From an uncultured Chloroflexia bacterium (GTDB lineage Bacteria > Chloroflexota > Limnocylindria > Limnocylindrales > CSP1-4), in contig CAWHDR010000001.1 of assembly GCA_963828165.1 (NCBI GenBank), positions 704,001-768,000 on the forward strand: DNA of 64,000 nt. The letters run 5' to 3'. Position 1 is the first letter of the stretch, and each line of letters starts with the position of its first letter. The notes below the pieces were generated by a model. The model had not been told where the DNA came from. It did not search any database and saw nothing but the letters and a program-made list of their open reading frames with translations. This document shows positions 17,865-31,497 of the stretch, one piece after another. The position numbers and the translations under genes were made by a program.

Positions 17865-20800
17865 GTGAAGCCGCGAGCACATCCCTGGCCTGCCATCCTC
17901 GCGATGGCCGCGGCGCTGGCCGCGCTGCTGCCGATCGGTACACCTTCGGTCGTCGACGCCCGGGGTCCGGCGGACGGCACCTGCCAGGAACGCCTCTTCG
18001 ACGAGACGGCTTCCCCTCGCGCCGACTGCGTCGAGCTGGAAACGGGCACCGTCGAGGCGACGCTCGATGCGCTCCCGTCCGGCTTCACGGAATCGATCGT
18101 CTTCAGCACTGGCCTGGAGAACCCGACGAATATCGAGTTCGCCGCAGATGGCCGGGTCTTCGTGGCCGAGAAGAGCGGCACCCTGAAGGTCTACGACAGC
18201 GTCGCCGATCCGACGCCGACGGCTTTCACGGACCTGAAGACGAACGTCCACAACTTCTGGGATCGGGGGCTGCTCGGGCTCGCGCTCGACCCGAGCCTGA
18301 CGGACCCCGCGTTGCCATCGCGGCCATGGGTGTATGTCCTGTACACCTACGACCATGTCCTCGGTGGCGGTGGGCCCGTCGGAAGTCGCAACGATGGCTG
18401 TCCGACGCCGCCAGGAGCGACGGCAGACGGCTGCGTGGTCAGCGGCCGGCTCTCGCGGTTCAGTGTCAGCGGGAGCACGATCTCCGGACCAGAGACGGTC
18501 CTCATCGAGGACTGGTGCCAGCAGTACCCGAGCCACTCGGTCGGGGCACTCGGGTTCGGTCCCGACGGGGCCCTCTATGTCAGCGCGGGCGACGGAGCGA
18601 GCTTCAACAACGTCGACTATGGCCAATATGGCGGGACGCTCGGAGGGACACCCACCCCGAAGAATCCATGTGGCGACCCGCCGGCCGACGGGATGGCGCC
18701 GCCGACCGCCGAAGGCGGTGCGCTTCGGAGCCAGGACCTGCGCACGGAGGGACCGACTGATCCGGCGACCCTCGACGGGGCGGTCCTGCGGGTGGATCCG
18801 ATCACCGGCGCGGCCCACCCCGGCAACCCGTTCGCCTCGAGCAGCGACCCCAACAAGCAGCGCGTGATCGCGTACGGCCTGCGCAACCCCTTCCGATTCG
18901 AATTCCGACCTGGGACGGACGAGCTATGGGTCGGGGACGTCGGCTGGTCGGCTCGGGAGGAGATCAATCGGATCGCCGACGCGAATGACGCGACGGTGGA
19001 GAACTTCGGCTGGCCGTGCTACGAGGGGCTGGTCCGCTCGCCCGGCTACGACGGCGCGGACCTGGAGCTGTGCGAGGACTTCTACGCCGAGGGCTCGAGC
19101 GCGATGACGACGGCCGTCTACCAGTACGCCCACAGCGGCCACGTCGTCGCGAACGAGACCTGTCCGACGGGCAGCTCATCGACCACGGGCATCGCCTTCT
19201 ACCCGGAGACGGGCGGCACCTTCCCTGCTGCCTACCGCGGCGCGATGTTCTTCGCCGACCACAGCCGCAACTGCATCTGGTGGATGGCCAAGGGATCCAA
19301 TGGCCAGCCGGACCCTGCGACCCGAGCGGTCTTCCTCGCCCCGGCGGCGAACCCGGTCGACCTCGAGATCGGCCTCGACGGGGCGCTGTACTACGCGGAC
19401 TTCGACTCGAACTCCATCCGCCGCGTGATGTACTCCTCGAACCAGCCGCCGACCGCGGTCGCGGCGGCCGACCCCACCAGTGGGGCAGCTCCGCTGACCG
19501 TGGAGTTCGACGGGACCGGGTCGAGCGACCCTGAGGAAGCCGCGCTGTCGTACGCCTGGGACCTCGATGACGACGGGGCATTCGACGATTCGACGAGCCC
19601 GACGCCGACCCGGGTGTACAGCAGCCAGGCGAGTGTGACCGTCCGCCTTCGCGTGACCGATCCGGCGGGCCTCGCCGACACCGACACCGTCCAGATCTCG
19701 GTCGCCAACACGCCACCCGTCCCAACGATCCAGACGCCCTCGAACGGCACGAAGGCCGGCGCCGGCCAGCAGGTCACGTTCTCCGGATCAGCCAGCGACG
19801 CCCAGGATGGGAACCTCGCCGCCAGCCGACTGTCGTGGCTGCTGCGGATCCAGCACTGTCCTGACAGCTGCCATGCGCACGACATCGAGACGTTCGCCGG
19901 GGTCGCCTCTGGCGCGTTCGTGGCGCCCGATCACGAGTACCCGTCTCATCTGGAGCTGATCCTCACCGCCACCGACAGCAATGGCGCGTCGAACTCGGTC
20001 ACCCGCCAGATCGACTACCGAACGGTTCCCCTGGAGTTCCGGTCCGTCCCGAGCGGGCTGTCGCTCACCGTCAACGGGACCGCCTCCACGACGCCGTTCA
20101 CGCGGACGGTGATCCAGGGCTCCGCGAACTCGGTCTCGGCGACGACGCCACAGACGGTCGGATCGACGACCTACAGCTTCGCCTCATGGTCCGACTCCGG
20201 AGCCGCCACGCACACGATCACGGCCGGGGCGGCCGCCGCGACGTATACCGCCACCTATTCGCATCCCGACGTCACCGCCCCGAGCGGCTCGGTCACGATC
20301 GCGGGCGGCCGGGCCGTGACGGCGACGTCGTCGGTCACGCTGGCGGTGCCGGCGACCGACGCGGACTCGAGCGTCAGCGAGGTCGAGCTGTCCAACGACG
20401 GGATCGCATTCACCAACCGGCCGTATGCCAGCTCGCAGCCCTGGACCCTGCCGGCCACGAATGGCACCCGGACCGTGTACGTCCGATGGAAGGACACGGC
20501 CGGCAACTGGAGTGCCGTCAAGACCGACACGATCGTGCTCGACACGGTCGCCCCGACGGCGACCGAGCCGCGCCGCGGGCTGGTCGCGGCGACGACCATC
20601 GATGCCGGCCGGAGCACCCTGCGCGTGCCCTGGTCGGGCGCGGACGCCACGAGCGGGATCGCCCGTTACGAGCTGCTCCAGAGCACGGACGGCGGTCCGT
20701 GGACGGTCGTATCGACGACGCTGACCAGCCCGACCGCCGACCGCTCCCTCGCCAGCCTGCACACGTACCGCTTCCGGGTCCGGCCAGTCGACAAGGCCGG

Positions 20801-21210
20801 CAACGTCGGAGCGTGGGTCTTCGGCTCCCCGTTCTGGCTGGCCCGCTACAGCGAGTTCAACCGTGCGATCGCCTACAGCGGGCTCGTGGACGACCGTGTC
20901 GGACCCGGCGGCCTACTGGGGCGGCGCGGCCAAGCGCTCGGCCACGGCCGGAGCTCAGGCGACGCTGTCCTTCACCGGGCGCGCAGCCGCGTGGGTCGCG
21001 CGGACCGGGCCCAACCGCGGGGTAGCGACGGTCTATGTCAACGGCACCCAGGTGGCGACGGTCAACCTCAACACGCCCGCCTACCAGAACCAGCGGGTCG
21101 TGTGGGCTCGCAACTGGTCGACCTCGGCCGCCCGCACGGTCACCATCCGCGTGGCCGGCACCCCGGGCCATCCGCTCGTCGATGTCGACGCGTTCGTGTC
21201 CGCGGACTAG
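17865..21210 (+). CDS. Large secreted glucose/sorbosone (PQQ-type) dehydrogenase beta-propeller + PKD + Ig/FN3-like domains; frameshift near 20880
   Basis: Signal peptide; DRGLLGLALDP, FGPDGALYVSAGDG, AYGLRNPFR, GDVGW...EEIN, NFGWP; PKD motifs (PLTVEFDGTGSSDP, YAWDLD). The C-terminus continues in ORF 20863..21210. Confidence 0.85.
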
Positions 21211-22094
21211 GGCCTGACCTGGGGATCCTGATCGACGGTCGTGCCGCCGCGATCGCCCACTTCGCGGCCGCTGTCCGCGAGCCGTTCCTCGTATCGGCGA
21301 TCGCGCCAGGCGAGTGCTGCCTTGAGGCCGTCGCGGCGGACGATCGAGTCCCATTCGCGCTGCTCGGGCGTGTCCGCCGCGTTGATGATCGCGCCCAGGT
21401 CGAGGCCCGCCTCCACGGCGAGGCGGAACCCGGCGACGTCCATGGCTCGATTGAGCATCCGCTTCGTCGGGCCCATGACCTCGGGGGGCGTCCGGGCAAG
21501 GCGGTCGGCCAGGCGATCGACCTCCGCGGCGAGTGCGTCCGCGGGCACGACGCGGTTGATCAGCCCGATGCGTTCCCCTTCCGCGGCGTCGATCAGGTCG
21601 CCGGTCAACAACAGCTCCCGTGTCCGCTTCTGGCCGATCAGAAATGGCATCAGCAGCGTCACGGGCGCCGACCCGTAGCGGATCTCCGGCTCACCGAGTT
21701 TCGTGCCATCGGCGGCGACGACGAGGTCGCAGGCCATTGCGAGCTCGAGGCCACCGGCCAGCGCATAGCCGTGGACCTGGGCGATCACGGGCTTGGGCGA
21801 GTCGAGGAACCGGAGCGTGGCCGCCACATCGGCCGCCAGCAGCTCCCGCCATGCGACCGGCCCACCGATCGCACCCTCGGCTTCCTCGGTGAGGTCGTAC
21901 CCGGACGAGAAGGCCCGGCCGGCGCCCTCGAGGACGATGACTCGGACGGCCTCGTCGGCTTCCGCTTCGTCGAGGGCGGCGACGAGCGCGGCCACGAGCG
22001 CGCCGTTGAGGGCGTTGAGCTTCGCCGGACGGTTCAGCGTGAGTCGGACGCCCCACGGCGTGCGTGCGGTGAGGAGGACGGGCTCGTCAGGCAT
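21207..22094 (-). CDS. Enoyl-CoA hydratase/isomerase family
   Basis: LNRPAKLNAL, AFSSGYDL, ALAGGLELAMACD, PEIRYG. Confidence 0.92.
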   Translation of the reverse strand: MPDEPVLLTARTPWGVRLTLNRPAKLNALNGALVAALVAALDEAEADEAVRVIVLEGAGRAFSSGYDLTEEAEGAIGGPVAWRELLAADVAATLRFLDSPKPVIAQVHGYALAGGLELAMACDLVVAADGTKLGEPEIRYGSAPVTLLMPFLIGQKRTRELLLTGDLIDAAEGERIGLINRVVPADALAAEVDRLADRLARTPPEVMGPTKRMLNRAMDVAGFRLAVEAGLDLGAIINAADTPEQREWDSIVRRDGLKAALAWRDRRYEERLADSGREVGDRGGTTVDQDPQVRP

Positions 22095-24322
22095 CCGTCG
22101 CGATCTCGGGATCCACGAGCGCGGGCGGCGGGGTCAGTACGACCAATGCATCGACCGCCAGGGCGCCACGCGCGGACGCGATGACCGGATTCAGGTCGAC
22201 CTCGGCGACGTCCGGCCGAGCGTCGCCGAGCCGGGAGAGCGCGACGATGAGGTCCGCGACGGCGCCGCGGTCGACCGGCGAGCTGCCGCGCACCCCATCG
22301 AGGAGGCGAGCGCCGCGCAGCTCCGCGAGCATCGCGAGCGCCGTCTCGCGATCGACCGGGGCCAGGCGGATCGCCACGTCGTCGAGCAGCTCTGTGAGCA
22401 CGCCCCCGAGTCCGACGACGACCGCCGGCCCGAACGATGCGTCGCGGCGGAGCCCCACGATGAGCTCGACGCCGGCCTCGGCCATCGGCTCGACCAGGAG
22501 CCCGCGCACGGCCAGGCCGTGGGCACGCGCGGCGACCAGGAGGTCGCCGGCGGCGGCCTTGACCGGCGCATCTCCAGCGAGGCCGAGCCGGACCAAGCCG
22601 AGGTCGCTCTTGTGCGGCCAATCCGACCGCGTCGACCTTGAGCGCAACGGCCCGCCCGCCGAACGATCGGGCGGCCTCGACTGCGGCGGCGGCGTCCGGA
22701 ACCGCCCTGGCCTCGGTCATCGGCAAGCCGGCCTCGCGCAGCAACGCCAGGCTCTCGGCCTCCGACAGGGCGCGCGGAGGGTCGGTCGACCCGGCCGCGC
22801 CCTCCGGATCCAGCCCGTATGCCGTGCGATCCGCGGCGAGCGCCGGCCACCCGGCCCGCCATGGCCCCCGATCGAGCCGTCGGGTCCGCGCCCCCTCCCA
22901 GCGCGCGACCGACGCGATCGCCGTGAAGGCCTCGAGCGCGCCGCGCAGCAGCGGGGCGCCATCACCCAGCTCGTCCAGCACGGCCTTCGTCTCCGGTGGC
23001 GGCTCCCCGGACGTCAATGACACGTACACCGGCAGGATGTGCGGTCGGTCACGGGTCGCGGCCAGGAGCTGGAGTGTCACGTCATTCGCGGTGGCAACCT
23101 CCGCCGGCATCGACTTGTACGGGAAGTCGTGCACCAGCACCAGCACGTCGTAGGCGTCCGACGCCGCCATCGACTCGAAGGCGGCGCCGTAGGCAGTCGG
23201 CGGGTCGGCCGCGCCCCACGGGTCCATCGGGTTCCCCACATAGCCCATCGTCGGGAGGTGCTCGAGGATGCGGGCACGGGCACGCTCGGGCAGCGGCGGC
23301 AGGTCGATCCCGGTCCGCGGCGCGAGATCCGCCACGAGCGATGCCTCTCCCGTGCTGACGGTGACGACACCCGTCCGCCCACGGCCCACCGATCGGCGCG
23401 TCCGGCGGAGTCCCTCGACGAGCTCGGCGGTCTCGAGCAGCTCGTCGAGGTCGGCGCAACGGATCACGCCCGCCGCGTCAAGTGCCGCATCGGTCACGCG
23501 CGTCTCGCCCGCCAGCGAGCCGGAATGCGCGACGGATGAGGCCTGCGCCTGGTCGCTCCGACCCACCTTGACCACCATGATCGGCTTGCCCAGCTCGAGC
23601 GCGCGGTCGGCGAGGGCCAGGAAGCGCTCCGGGCGCTTGAATCCTTCGAGGAAGAGGATGACCGACGTCGTTTCCGGGTCATCCAGGCAATACGCCAGGT
23701 AATCGCAGACGTCGAGGACGACCTCGGTCCCGCAGCTGATGATCCTCGTGAACCCGACCCGCGATCCAGAATGGATGAAGGCGTCGGTGACGGACCCGGA
23801 CTGCGCGATGCCGGCCACGCCGCCGCGCGGGAGGTAGGGCGAGACGTCGCCGATGTACGCCGAGGAATTGACGGTCAGATCCATCACCCCCATACAGTTG
23901 GGGCCGACTAATGCGAGCCCGTGTTCACGCGCGATGTCCGCGACCTCTCGCTGCATCGTGGCGGCCGCTTCGCCACCCTCGACCACGCCGCCGCCGGGGA
24001 TGATCACGGCCGGGATGCCGGCCGCGGCGGCGTCCCGCGTCACCATCGCGGCCCGCAACGGGTTCAGGGCCACGAGCGCGATATCCGGACGTTCGGGGAG
24101 CGCGTCGAGCGTCGGGTAGCAGGGTTGCCCGTGGAGCTCTTCATAGCGCGGGTTGACGAAGTGGCAGCGCGTGGCGCTGCGGGTCGCGCGCAGATTGTCA
24201 CGGACGGTCTCCGCGATCCAGCTGCGCGGCGACGCCCCGACCACCGCGATCGACCGAGGGGCAAACAGGGGCCGGAGGTCGATCGTGCCGGCTGCAGCGG
24301 TCACGTCGGTCACGTCGGTCAC
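22087..24322 (-). CDS. Acetate/acyl-CoA ligase (ADP-forming) family; frameshift near 22616
   Basis: PRSIAVVGAS, GPNCMG, QSGS, SHSGSLAGE, NPMD. The C-terminal ATP-grasp part (HKSD.G, ELIVG, FGP, DLNP) is in a shifted frame. Confidence 0.87.
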
Positions 24323-24325
24323 GTC
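24299..24325 (-). repeat. Perfect 9-bp tandem repeat x3 (gacgtgacc) spanning the ligase start
   Basis: The plus strand reads ggtcacgtc three times. Confidence 0.85.
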
Positions 24326-24332
24326 GCGCCCG

Positions 24333-25511
24333 TCACCCGACCACGCGGTCGACGCCACGCTTCTCGAGCGCACGGGCGATGATCAGACGCTGGATCTCCG
24401 AGGTCCCTTCCCAGATCCGGTCCACGCGGAGCTCGCGGAAGAACCGCTCGGCCGGGTACTCGCGCATGTAGCCCCGCCCACCGAACACCTGGACCACCCG
24501 GTCGGCGCAGCGGAAGGCCGCTTCCGAGGCGAACAGCTTGGCCATGGATGCCTTGGCATGGACCACCTTCGGGTCCGCTCGGCTGTCGGCCAGCCAGGCC
24601 GCCTCGCGGGTGAGCAGCCGCGCCGCCGCCGCGTCGGCCGCCGAATCGGCCAGGGGGAATGACACGCCCTGGAAGTCGAGCAGACGCTGCCCGAACTGGA
24701 CCCGCTCGCCGGCCCACTCGACCGCCAGCGTAAGCAGCCGCTCCATCGCCCCCGTGCAACGGGCCCCGATGTGGATGCGCTCCTCGACGAACCACTCGTT
24801 GGTGAGCTCGTCGGCCGCTCCCACGCCGCCCAACACCGCCGACTCGGGCACGCGGACATCCGACAGCACGAACTGGGGGTGCCGGTCGGCGAAGGTGTGC
24901 ATGTAGTCGGGGTCGTGGGCCATGGTGACGCCCGGAATGTCGTAATCCACGAGGAACAGCGTCGGCAGGCGTTCCGCTCCATCCACGACCAGGCAATGGA
25001 AGATCATGAAATCGGTCTCGTCCGGGGGTCCCGTCACGAACCATTTCTCCCCGTTGAGCACGTACTCCCCCGTGGCCCCGTCACGGACCGCCGTGGCGGT
25101 GAGGGCGCGGGCATCGGAGCCGGCGCCGGGCTCGGTGACGGCGTAGCTCCCGAAGCGCTCCCCGGTCAGGCTCGGGTCGAGGTAGCGTGCCCGCTGCTCC
25201 GGGGAGCTGTGGGTGAGGGCGTTGTACGCCCCGGGGATGAACGACCAGAGACCGCCGGTCGACTGGCCGAGCTGTTCATGCACCAGCACCTGCTCGAGCA
25301 TCGTCCAGCCCTGCCCGCCGACGTCGCGCGGAAAGGACCCGCCCACCAGCCGGGCGGCGAGCGACGCCTCGCGGATCCGGGCCTTGGCCGCCGCTGGCAA
25401 CCGCCCGCCGGCCGCCTCGAACTCGCCCTCGAGCGGCTGCAGGACCTCGCGGGTGAACGCGCGCGCTCGACCCTGGAGCTCGAGCTGGTCGTCGCTGAGT
25501 GTCAGGTCCAC
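24333..25511 (-). CDS. Acyl-CoA dehydrogenase
   Basis: YAVTEPGAGSD, LNGEKWFVT, RVQFG, SMAKLFASE, QVFGGRGY, RIWEGTSEIQR. Confidence 0.95.
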   Translation of the reverse strand: MDLTLSDDQLELQGRARAFTREVLQPLEGEFEAAGGRLPAAAKARIREASLAARLVGGSFPRDVGGQGWTMLEQVLVHEQLGQSTGGLWSFIPGAYNALTHSSPEQRARYLDPSLTGERFGSYAVTEPGAGSDARALTATAVRDGATGEYVLNGEKWFVTGPPDETDFMIFHCLVVDGAERLPTLFLVDYDIPGVTMAHDPDYMHTFADRHPQFVLSDVRVPESAVLGGVGAADELTNEWFVEERIHIGARCTGAMERLLTLAVEWAGERVQFGQRLLDFQGVSFPLADSAADAAAARLLTREAAWLADSRADPKVVHAKASMAKLFASEAAFRCADRVVQVFGGRGYMREYPAERFFRELRVDRIWEGTSEIQRLIIARALEKRGVDRVVG

Positions 25512-25636
25512 CCCGCAAGCATGGCGCACGCCGGGGCCGGGACATGACCGCAGTCGCGGGCCGCGGGACGGTCCCTCGAAGCGACGGGATCGCGCGCGCT
25601 CCGGCACCCGCGTGGGGCGGGCGTGAGCCGCCAGCC

Positions 25637-26245
25637 TCACCGATCGGCGAGGGCGAGCCTGCCGGCCAGCACGGCGAACGTGCCGGCGAAGATGCGGCGC
25701 ATCCAGGTCAACACTCGAGGCCGCGAGATCACGTGGCTCCGGATCCCAGCCGCGAAGATCCCGTAGACGACGAAGACGGCGAACGTGACGAGCATGAAGA
25801 CCGCGCTGAGCTCGAGCATGCGCAGCGACGCCCGCGTCTCCGTGGCGCTCACGAACTGCGGCAGGAAGGCGAAGAAGAAGATCGTGAGCTTCGGATTGAG
25901 GATGTTGATCAGGATGCCGGAGGTGATCACCTTCATCGGGGAGATCGGTGGCGACTCCTCGACGCTGAGTGCCTCCTTGTCCCGGAGCGTGCTCCACGCC
26001 ATGAACAGCAGGTAGGCGACGCCCAGGTACTTCAGGATCTCGAACGCGAGGGCACTCGTGTGCAGCAGCGCGGCGAGCCCCGTGATCGCCGCGACCATGT
26101 GCGGAACGATGCCGAGGGTGCAGCCGATCGCGGCGATGACGCTGGCCCTGGCACCGCGCGAGAGGCCGGCCGCCAGCGTGTAGAGGACGCCCGTGCCGGG
26201 CGTCGCGACGACGATGAGCGTCGTCAGCAGGAACTCCGTGCTCAC
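25637..26245 (-). CDS. LysE/RhtB family exporter
   Basis: TPGTG, G.AYL, NILNPK, FLPQF. Confidence 0.93.
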   Translation of the reverse strand: MSTEFLLTTLIVVATPGTGVLYTLAAGLSRGARASVIAAIGCTLGIVPHMVAAITGLAALLHTSALAFEILKYLGVAYLLFMAWSTLRDKEALSVEESPPISPMKVITSGILINILNPKLTIFFFAFLPQFVSATETRASLRMLELSAVFMLVTFAVFVVYGIFAAGIRSHVISRPRVLTWMRRIFAGTFAVLAGRLALADR

Positions 26246-26285
26246 CGCGACATTCGGGGCGCGGCGGGGCCGGCAGTCTCGTCGG

Positions 26286-27728
<1,443 letters not shown>

Positions 27729-27810
27729 GCGAGCGGCTCCTGCGAGGGCGATGCGGTACGGTCGCATCATACGTCCGAGCCCCTCGACGCCATCTCCGGA
27801 GGATCAAGCC

Positions 27811-28632
27811 ATGGCCCAGCGGATCGACCTGCGCGATGCCCTCCGGGTGCGTCCCGGCTCTCGAGTCCGACTGGCAGGGCGGGACCATGGTGAGACGCAC
27901 GGTCGGGACAAGGAGACCGCCTCGGTGGCGCTCGCGACGCAGTTGGGCCGGCTGGCCGACCTCCAGGACCGCTTCTGGGCGGAAGGCAAGCGTTCGATCC
28001 TGGTCGTGCTGCAGGGCATCGACGCGGCCGGCAAGGACGGCACGATCAACAAGGTCATGGAGGCGTTCAACCCGCAGGGCTGTCCCGTGACGAGCTTCAA
28101 GGTCCCGTCCGCCGAGGAACTGGCCCACGACTTTCTGTGGCGCGTCCACCACAAGGCGCCGCGCAGGGGCGAGATCGGCATCTTCAATCGATCGCACTAC
28201 GAGGACGTGCTGGTCGTCCGCGTGCATGACCTCGTGCCGCGCAAGGTGTGGTCCGCGCGCTACGACCAGATCAACGACTTCGAGCGGATCCTGGCCGACA
28301 ACGGGACCACCGTGGTCAAGTTCTTCCTTGCCATCGACCAGGACGAGCAGCGGGAGCGGTTCCAGGCGCGCTACGACGACCCGACGAAACGCTGGAAGTT
28401 CTCGATGGGCGATCTCGAGGAACGCAAGCTCTGGGACGACTACCAGGCGGCGTTCGACGACGCTCTCTCGAAGACGTCGACCGCGCTGGCGCCGTGGTAC
28501 GTCATCCCCGCCAACCGGAAGTGGTTCCGGAACCTGGCCGTGGCCACGATCCTCGCCGACACGATGGCCGCGCTCAAGCCGGCCTATCCGCCCGTGGCCG
28601 ACGACGTGCCCGCCGACCTCGTCATCGACTGA
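27811..28632 (+). CDS. ppk2: Polyphosphate kinase 2 family (class III-like)
   Basis: QGIDAAGKDG, FNRSHYEDVL, KRWKFS, PWYVIPAN; GGAGG RBS. Confidence 0.92.
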   Translation: MAQRIDLRDALRVRPGSRVRLAGRDHGETHGRDKETASVALATQLGRLADLQDRFWAEGKRSILVVLQGIDAAGKDGTINKVMEAFNPQGCPVTSFKVPSAEELAHDFLWRVHHKAPRRGEIGIFNRSHYEDVLVVRVHDLVPRKVWSARYDQINDFERILADNGTTVVKFFLAIDQDEQRERFQARYDDPTKRWKFSMGDLEERKLWDDYQAAFDDALSKTSTALAPWYVIPANRKWFRNLAVATILADTMAALKPAYPPVADDVPADLVID

Positions 28633-28665
28633 GGCGACGGGGGCGACGGGCGGCGCGGGGCGAGC

Positions 28666-29679
28666 CTAAGCCTGGAGCCGGAGCTCCAGACGCTCCACGA
28701 AGTCGACGAGCCAGCCACCGGCGGCTCCGGCGTGCTCACCCATCTCCGCCGGCTCCAGCCCGACCATGGCACGCGACCAGGCCGAGCTCTTGCCGATCTG
28801 GGCAAGGTCCATCGCCAGGCTCGCGACCTCTGCCAGGCCCGAGCGCGGCAGCACGTCGGTCCACGCTTCGGTGTAGGCGTCGCGCACCCGGGCGAGTTCC
28901 GCGCCGTACGGATCCAGTCCCGTGCGATATCCGATCGAACGGAGGGTCGTCGTCAGCGTTCCGAATGGGTGGGCCAGGGTCGCATCGCCCCAGTCGAAGA
29001 ACCGGATGCCCTCCACCCCGGCGAGGATGTTGCCACCATGGAGATCGCCATGCTCGATCGTGGGGCTGATCCCGCTGCTCGCCAGCGTCGCGGACAGGGC
29101 CGCGACGTCCGCCCGACGGCGTACCAGGACGTCGCGCGCCCTGCGGCCGGGTACGACGTCATCGGGGTCGAGCCTGGCCCAGATCGGATCCGATGCGACG
29201 AGTCCGTCGAGGACGGCCGTGAGTCGCGCCGGTCGCTCATCGGGGACGCCAGCCGCTACCAGCGCATCGGCGCGTCCCTCCACGGATCGCTGCAGCTCCG
29301 CGTAGACCGGCATCAGGCGGACCCAGGCATCCAGATCGTGGTCCCCACGCTCATCCGGCGCGAGGTCGCGCAACCTCGGCCCACCGTCCGGCAGGAGCAT
29401 CCACCCCCGGCCGGCGTCCACGGCCAGCGGCAGCAACACATGCCCGGTCCCCCATGTCGCGAACCGCTGCAGCAGCGCGGCCTCGTGTGGCGGACCGGGG
29501 CCGGTGGCCTTGCACCAGAACGGGCCCGCGTCGGTCGGGATGCGGAAGACCGTCGACCACGGCCGGATGTGCGGCTGCTCGACGGCGCCGACGACCCGAT
29601 GGCCGGCTGCCTCGAGACTCGCTGTCGCCCAGGTCAGGATCTCGCTTCGCCGGGCCGGGTCCGCCCAGGGCGTGGGCAC
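28666..29679 (-). CDS. Aminoglycoside-phosphotransferase-like kinase
   Basis: PWSTV, HGDLHGGN, FFDWGD, HPF. Confidence 0.82.
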   Translation of the reverse strand: MPTPWADPARRSEILTWATASLEAAGHRVVGAVEQPHIRPWSTVFRIPTDAGPFWCKATGPGPPHEAALLQRFATWGTGHVLLPLAVDAGRGWMLLPDGGPRLRDLAPDERGDHDLDAWVRLMPVYAELQRSVEGRADALVAAGVPDERPARLTAVLDGLVASDPIWARLDPDDVVPGRRARDVLVRRRADVAALSATLASSGISPTIEHGDLHGGNILAGVEGIRFFDWGDATLAHPFGTLTTTLRSIGYRTGLDPYGAELARVRDAYTEAWTDVLPRSGLAEVASLAMDLAQIGKSSAWSRAMVGLEPAEMGEHAGAAGGWLVDFVERLELRLQA

Positions 29680-29701
29680 GCTCGGGGTCGCGCTCAGCGC
29701 G

Positions 29702-31378
29702 TCAGCGGCCCTTCCCGCCGCCGAAGAGGACGCCGAAGACGCCGCGCACGATGTCCTGGCCGAGCCGTGAGGTCACGACCTTGCCCCCCGTCCGCAGGGC
29801 GGTATCGATGGTCTTCTGGCGCGCCTTCGCGGCGGCCACCGCGGCCTTCTCGTCCGCCTTTCGCTGCCGCTCTGCCTCGCGCTGGGCGCGCACCTCCGCG
29901 GCCTCGATGGCCTTCTGCTGGCGTGCGAGCTCGCGTGCCTGCTGGGCGGGCGTCATGTCGTTGAGGCCACCGGCAGTGGTCGGATCGAGCCCGGCGCGCG
30001 TAGCCGCCTCGACGGCCGCGGTGCGCGCACTGGCGATCCGTGCCGTGATGCGTTCGTGGGCGCTGTCGCGGTCCACGGTGGGGCCGTACTTCGTCTGGAA
30101 GGTGCTCGCAGCCACCGTCGCGGCGAACTCATCAGGTGGCATCTGGGCCATGAGGGAGTCCGGCGGCAGCAGCCGGGTCGCAGCCAGCGGCGTCGGCACG
30201 CCGCGCGGGGTCAAGACCGTCACGAGAGCCTCGCCCGTTCCCAGCGAAGTGATGGTCTTCTCGACGTCGTAGAACTCGGTCATCGGGAACGTCCGCGCGG
30301 TCTTGCGCAGGGCATCGGCGTCGTCCGGCGTGAAGGCCCGCAGGGCGTGCTGCACCCGGTTGCCCAGCTGAGCCAGCACGGACGCCGGAACATCCGTCGG
30401 CGCCTGGGTCACGAAGTAGATGCCGACGCCCTTGGAGCGGATGAGCCGCGCGGTTCGCTCCACCTGGTCCATGAGCGCCTCGGACGCGTCATCGAACAGC
30501 AGGTGCGCCTCGTCGAAGAAGAAGCACAGCTTCGGCTTGGGCAGGTCGCCGACCTCCGGAAGACTCTCGTACAGCTGGGCCAGCATCCAGAGCATGAAGG
30601 TCGAGAACAGTCGCGGTTGGTCCATCACGTCCGAGAGCTCGAGGATGCTGACGACGCCCTGCCCGTCGGGCGTGGTTCGGAGCAGGTCGTCGACGTCGAA
30701 CTCCGGCTCGCCGAAGAACACGTCCGCGCCCTCCTGCTCGAGCACGACGATCGAACGCAGGAGCACCCCGACCGAGGCCGCCGACATCCCGCCGTACTCC
30801 TCGAGGATCGGCTTTCCCTCGTCCGAGGCCAGGAACTTGAGGGTCGTGGCCAGGTCCCTGAGATCGAGGAGCGGCAGGTCGTTGTCGTCGCAGTACTTGA
30901 AGATGAGCGCGAGGATGCTTGTCTGGGTCTCGTTGAGGTCGAGCACCTTGCCGAGCAGCAGCGGTCCGAAGGAATGGACCGTGGCGCGGACCTGAGCGCC
31001 CTGCTTGCCGGTCAGCGAGAGGAACTCGACCGGATGGCCACGGGCCTCGAATTCCCAGGCGAGCGATGTCGCCCGCTCGACGACCTTGGGATTGGCGGCG
31101 TCGCCGGGCAGGGCGATCCCCGACAGGTCGCCCTTGATGTCGGCCGCGAAGACCGGCACGCCGGCCTTGGACAGCTGGCCGGCCAGCAGCTGGAGGGTCT
31201 TGGTCTTGCCCGTGCCGGTCGCCCCCGCGATGAGCCCGTGGCGGTTGAGCATCGAGAGGGCCACCTGGACCCGCGCCTCGTTGACGAGCTCGCCCTCATG
31301 CATCGCGCTGCCGATGACGAGCGTGGGCTCATCGAACGTGTAGCCGGTGGCGATCGCGTCGCGAAACGCCTGGTCCAT
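29702..31378 (-). CDS. DUF853/YjgR HerA-like ATPase
   Basis: NRHGLIAGATGTGKT, FFDEAHLLF, IRSKGVG, QHALRAFTP. Confidence 0.92.
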   Translation of the reverse strand: MDQAFRDAIATGYTFDEPTLVIGSAMHEGELVNEARVQVALSMLNRHGLIAGATGTGKTKTLQLLAGQLSKAGVPVFAADIKGDLSGIALPGDAANPKVVERATSLAWEFEARGHPVEFLSLTGKQGAQVRATVHSFGPLLLGKVLDLNETQTSILALIFKYCDDNDLPLLDLRDLATTLKFLASDEGKPILEEYGGMSAASVGVLLRSIVVLEQEGADVFFGEPEFDVDDLLRTTPDGQGVVSILELSDVMDQPRLFSTFMLWMLAQLYESLPEVGDLPKPKLCFFFDEAHLLFDDASEALMDQVERTARLIRSKGVGIYFVTQAPTDVPASVLAQLGNRVQHALRAFTPDDADALRKTARTFPMTEFYDVEKTITSLGTGEALVTVLTPRGVPTPLAATRLLPPDSLMAQMPPDEFAATVAASTFQTKYGPTVDRDSAHERITARIASARTAAVEAATRAGLDPTTAGGLNDMTPAQQARELARQQKAIEAAEVRAQREAERQRKADEKAAVAAAKARQKTIDTALRTGGKVVTSRLGQDIVRGVFGVLFGGGKGR

Positions 31379-31497
31379 GCGCTGTCATCGCCTCCGATGG
31401 GGGTGGTCGGCTGGGAAGCGCAAGGGTAGCATCGGCCCCGTGGCGGGAACCGCGATCGTCACGATCCGGCCGACGGACATGAGAAGGGAGGGTGCAG

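Noticed and set aside
17865-22184. 1439-aa ORF as a single giant protein
   Set aside because: After about 20880 it is out of frame and runs antisense to the enoyl-CoA hydratase; the true C-terminus ends at 21210.
29702-31378. HerA-like ATPase as an anti-phage system component
   Set aside because: It matches the widespread DUF853/YjgR type, with no adjacent nuclease or SIR2 partner.
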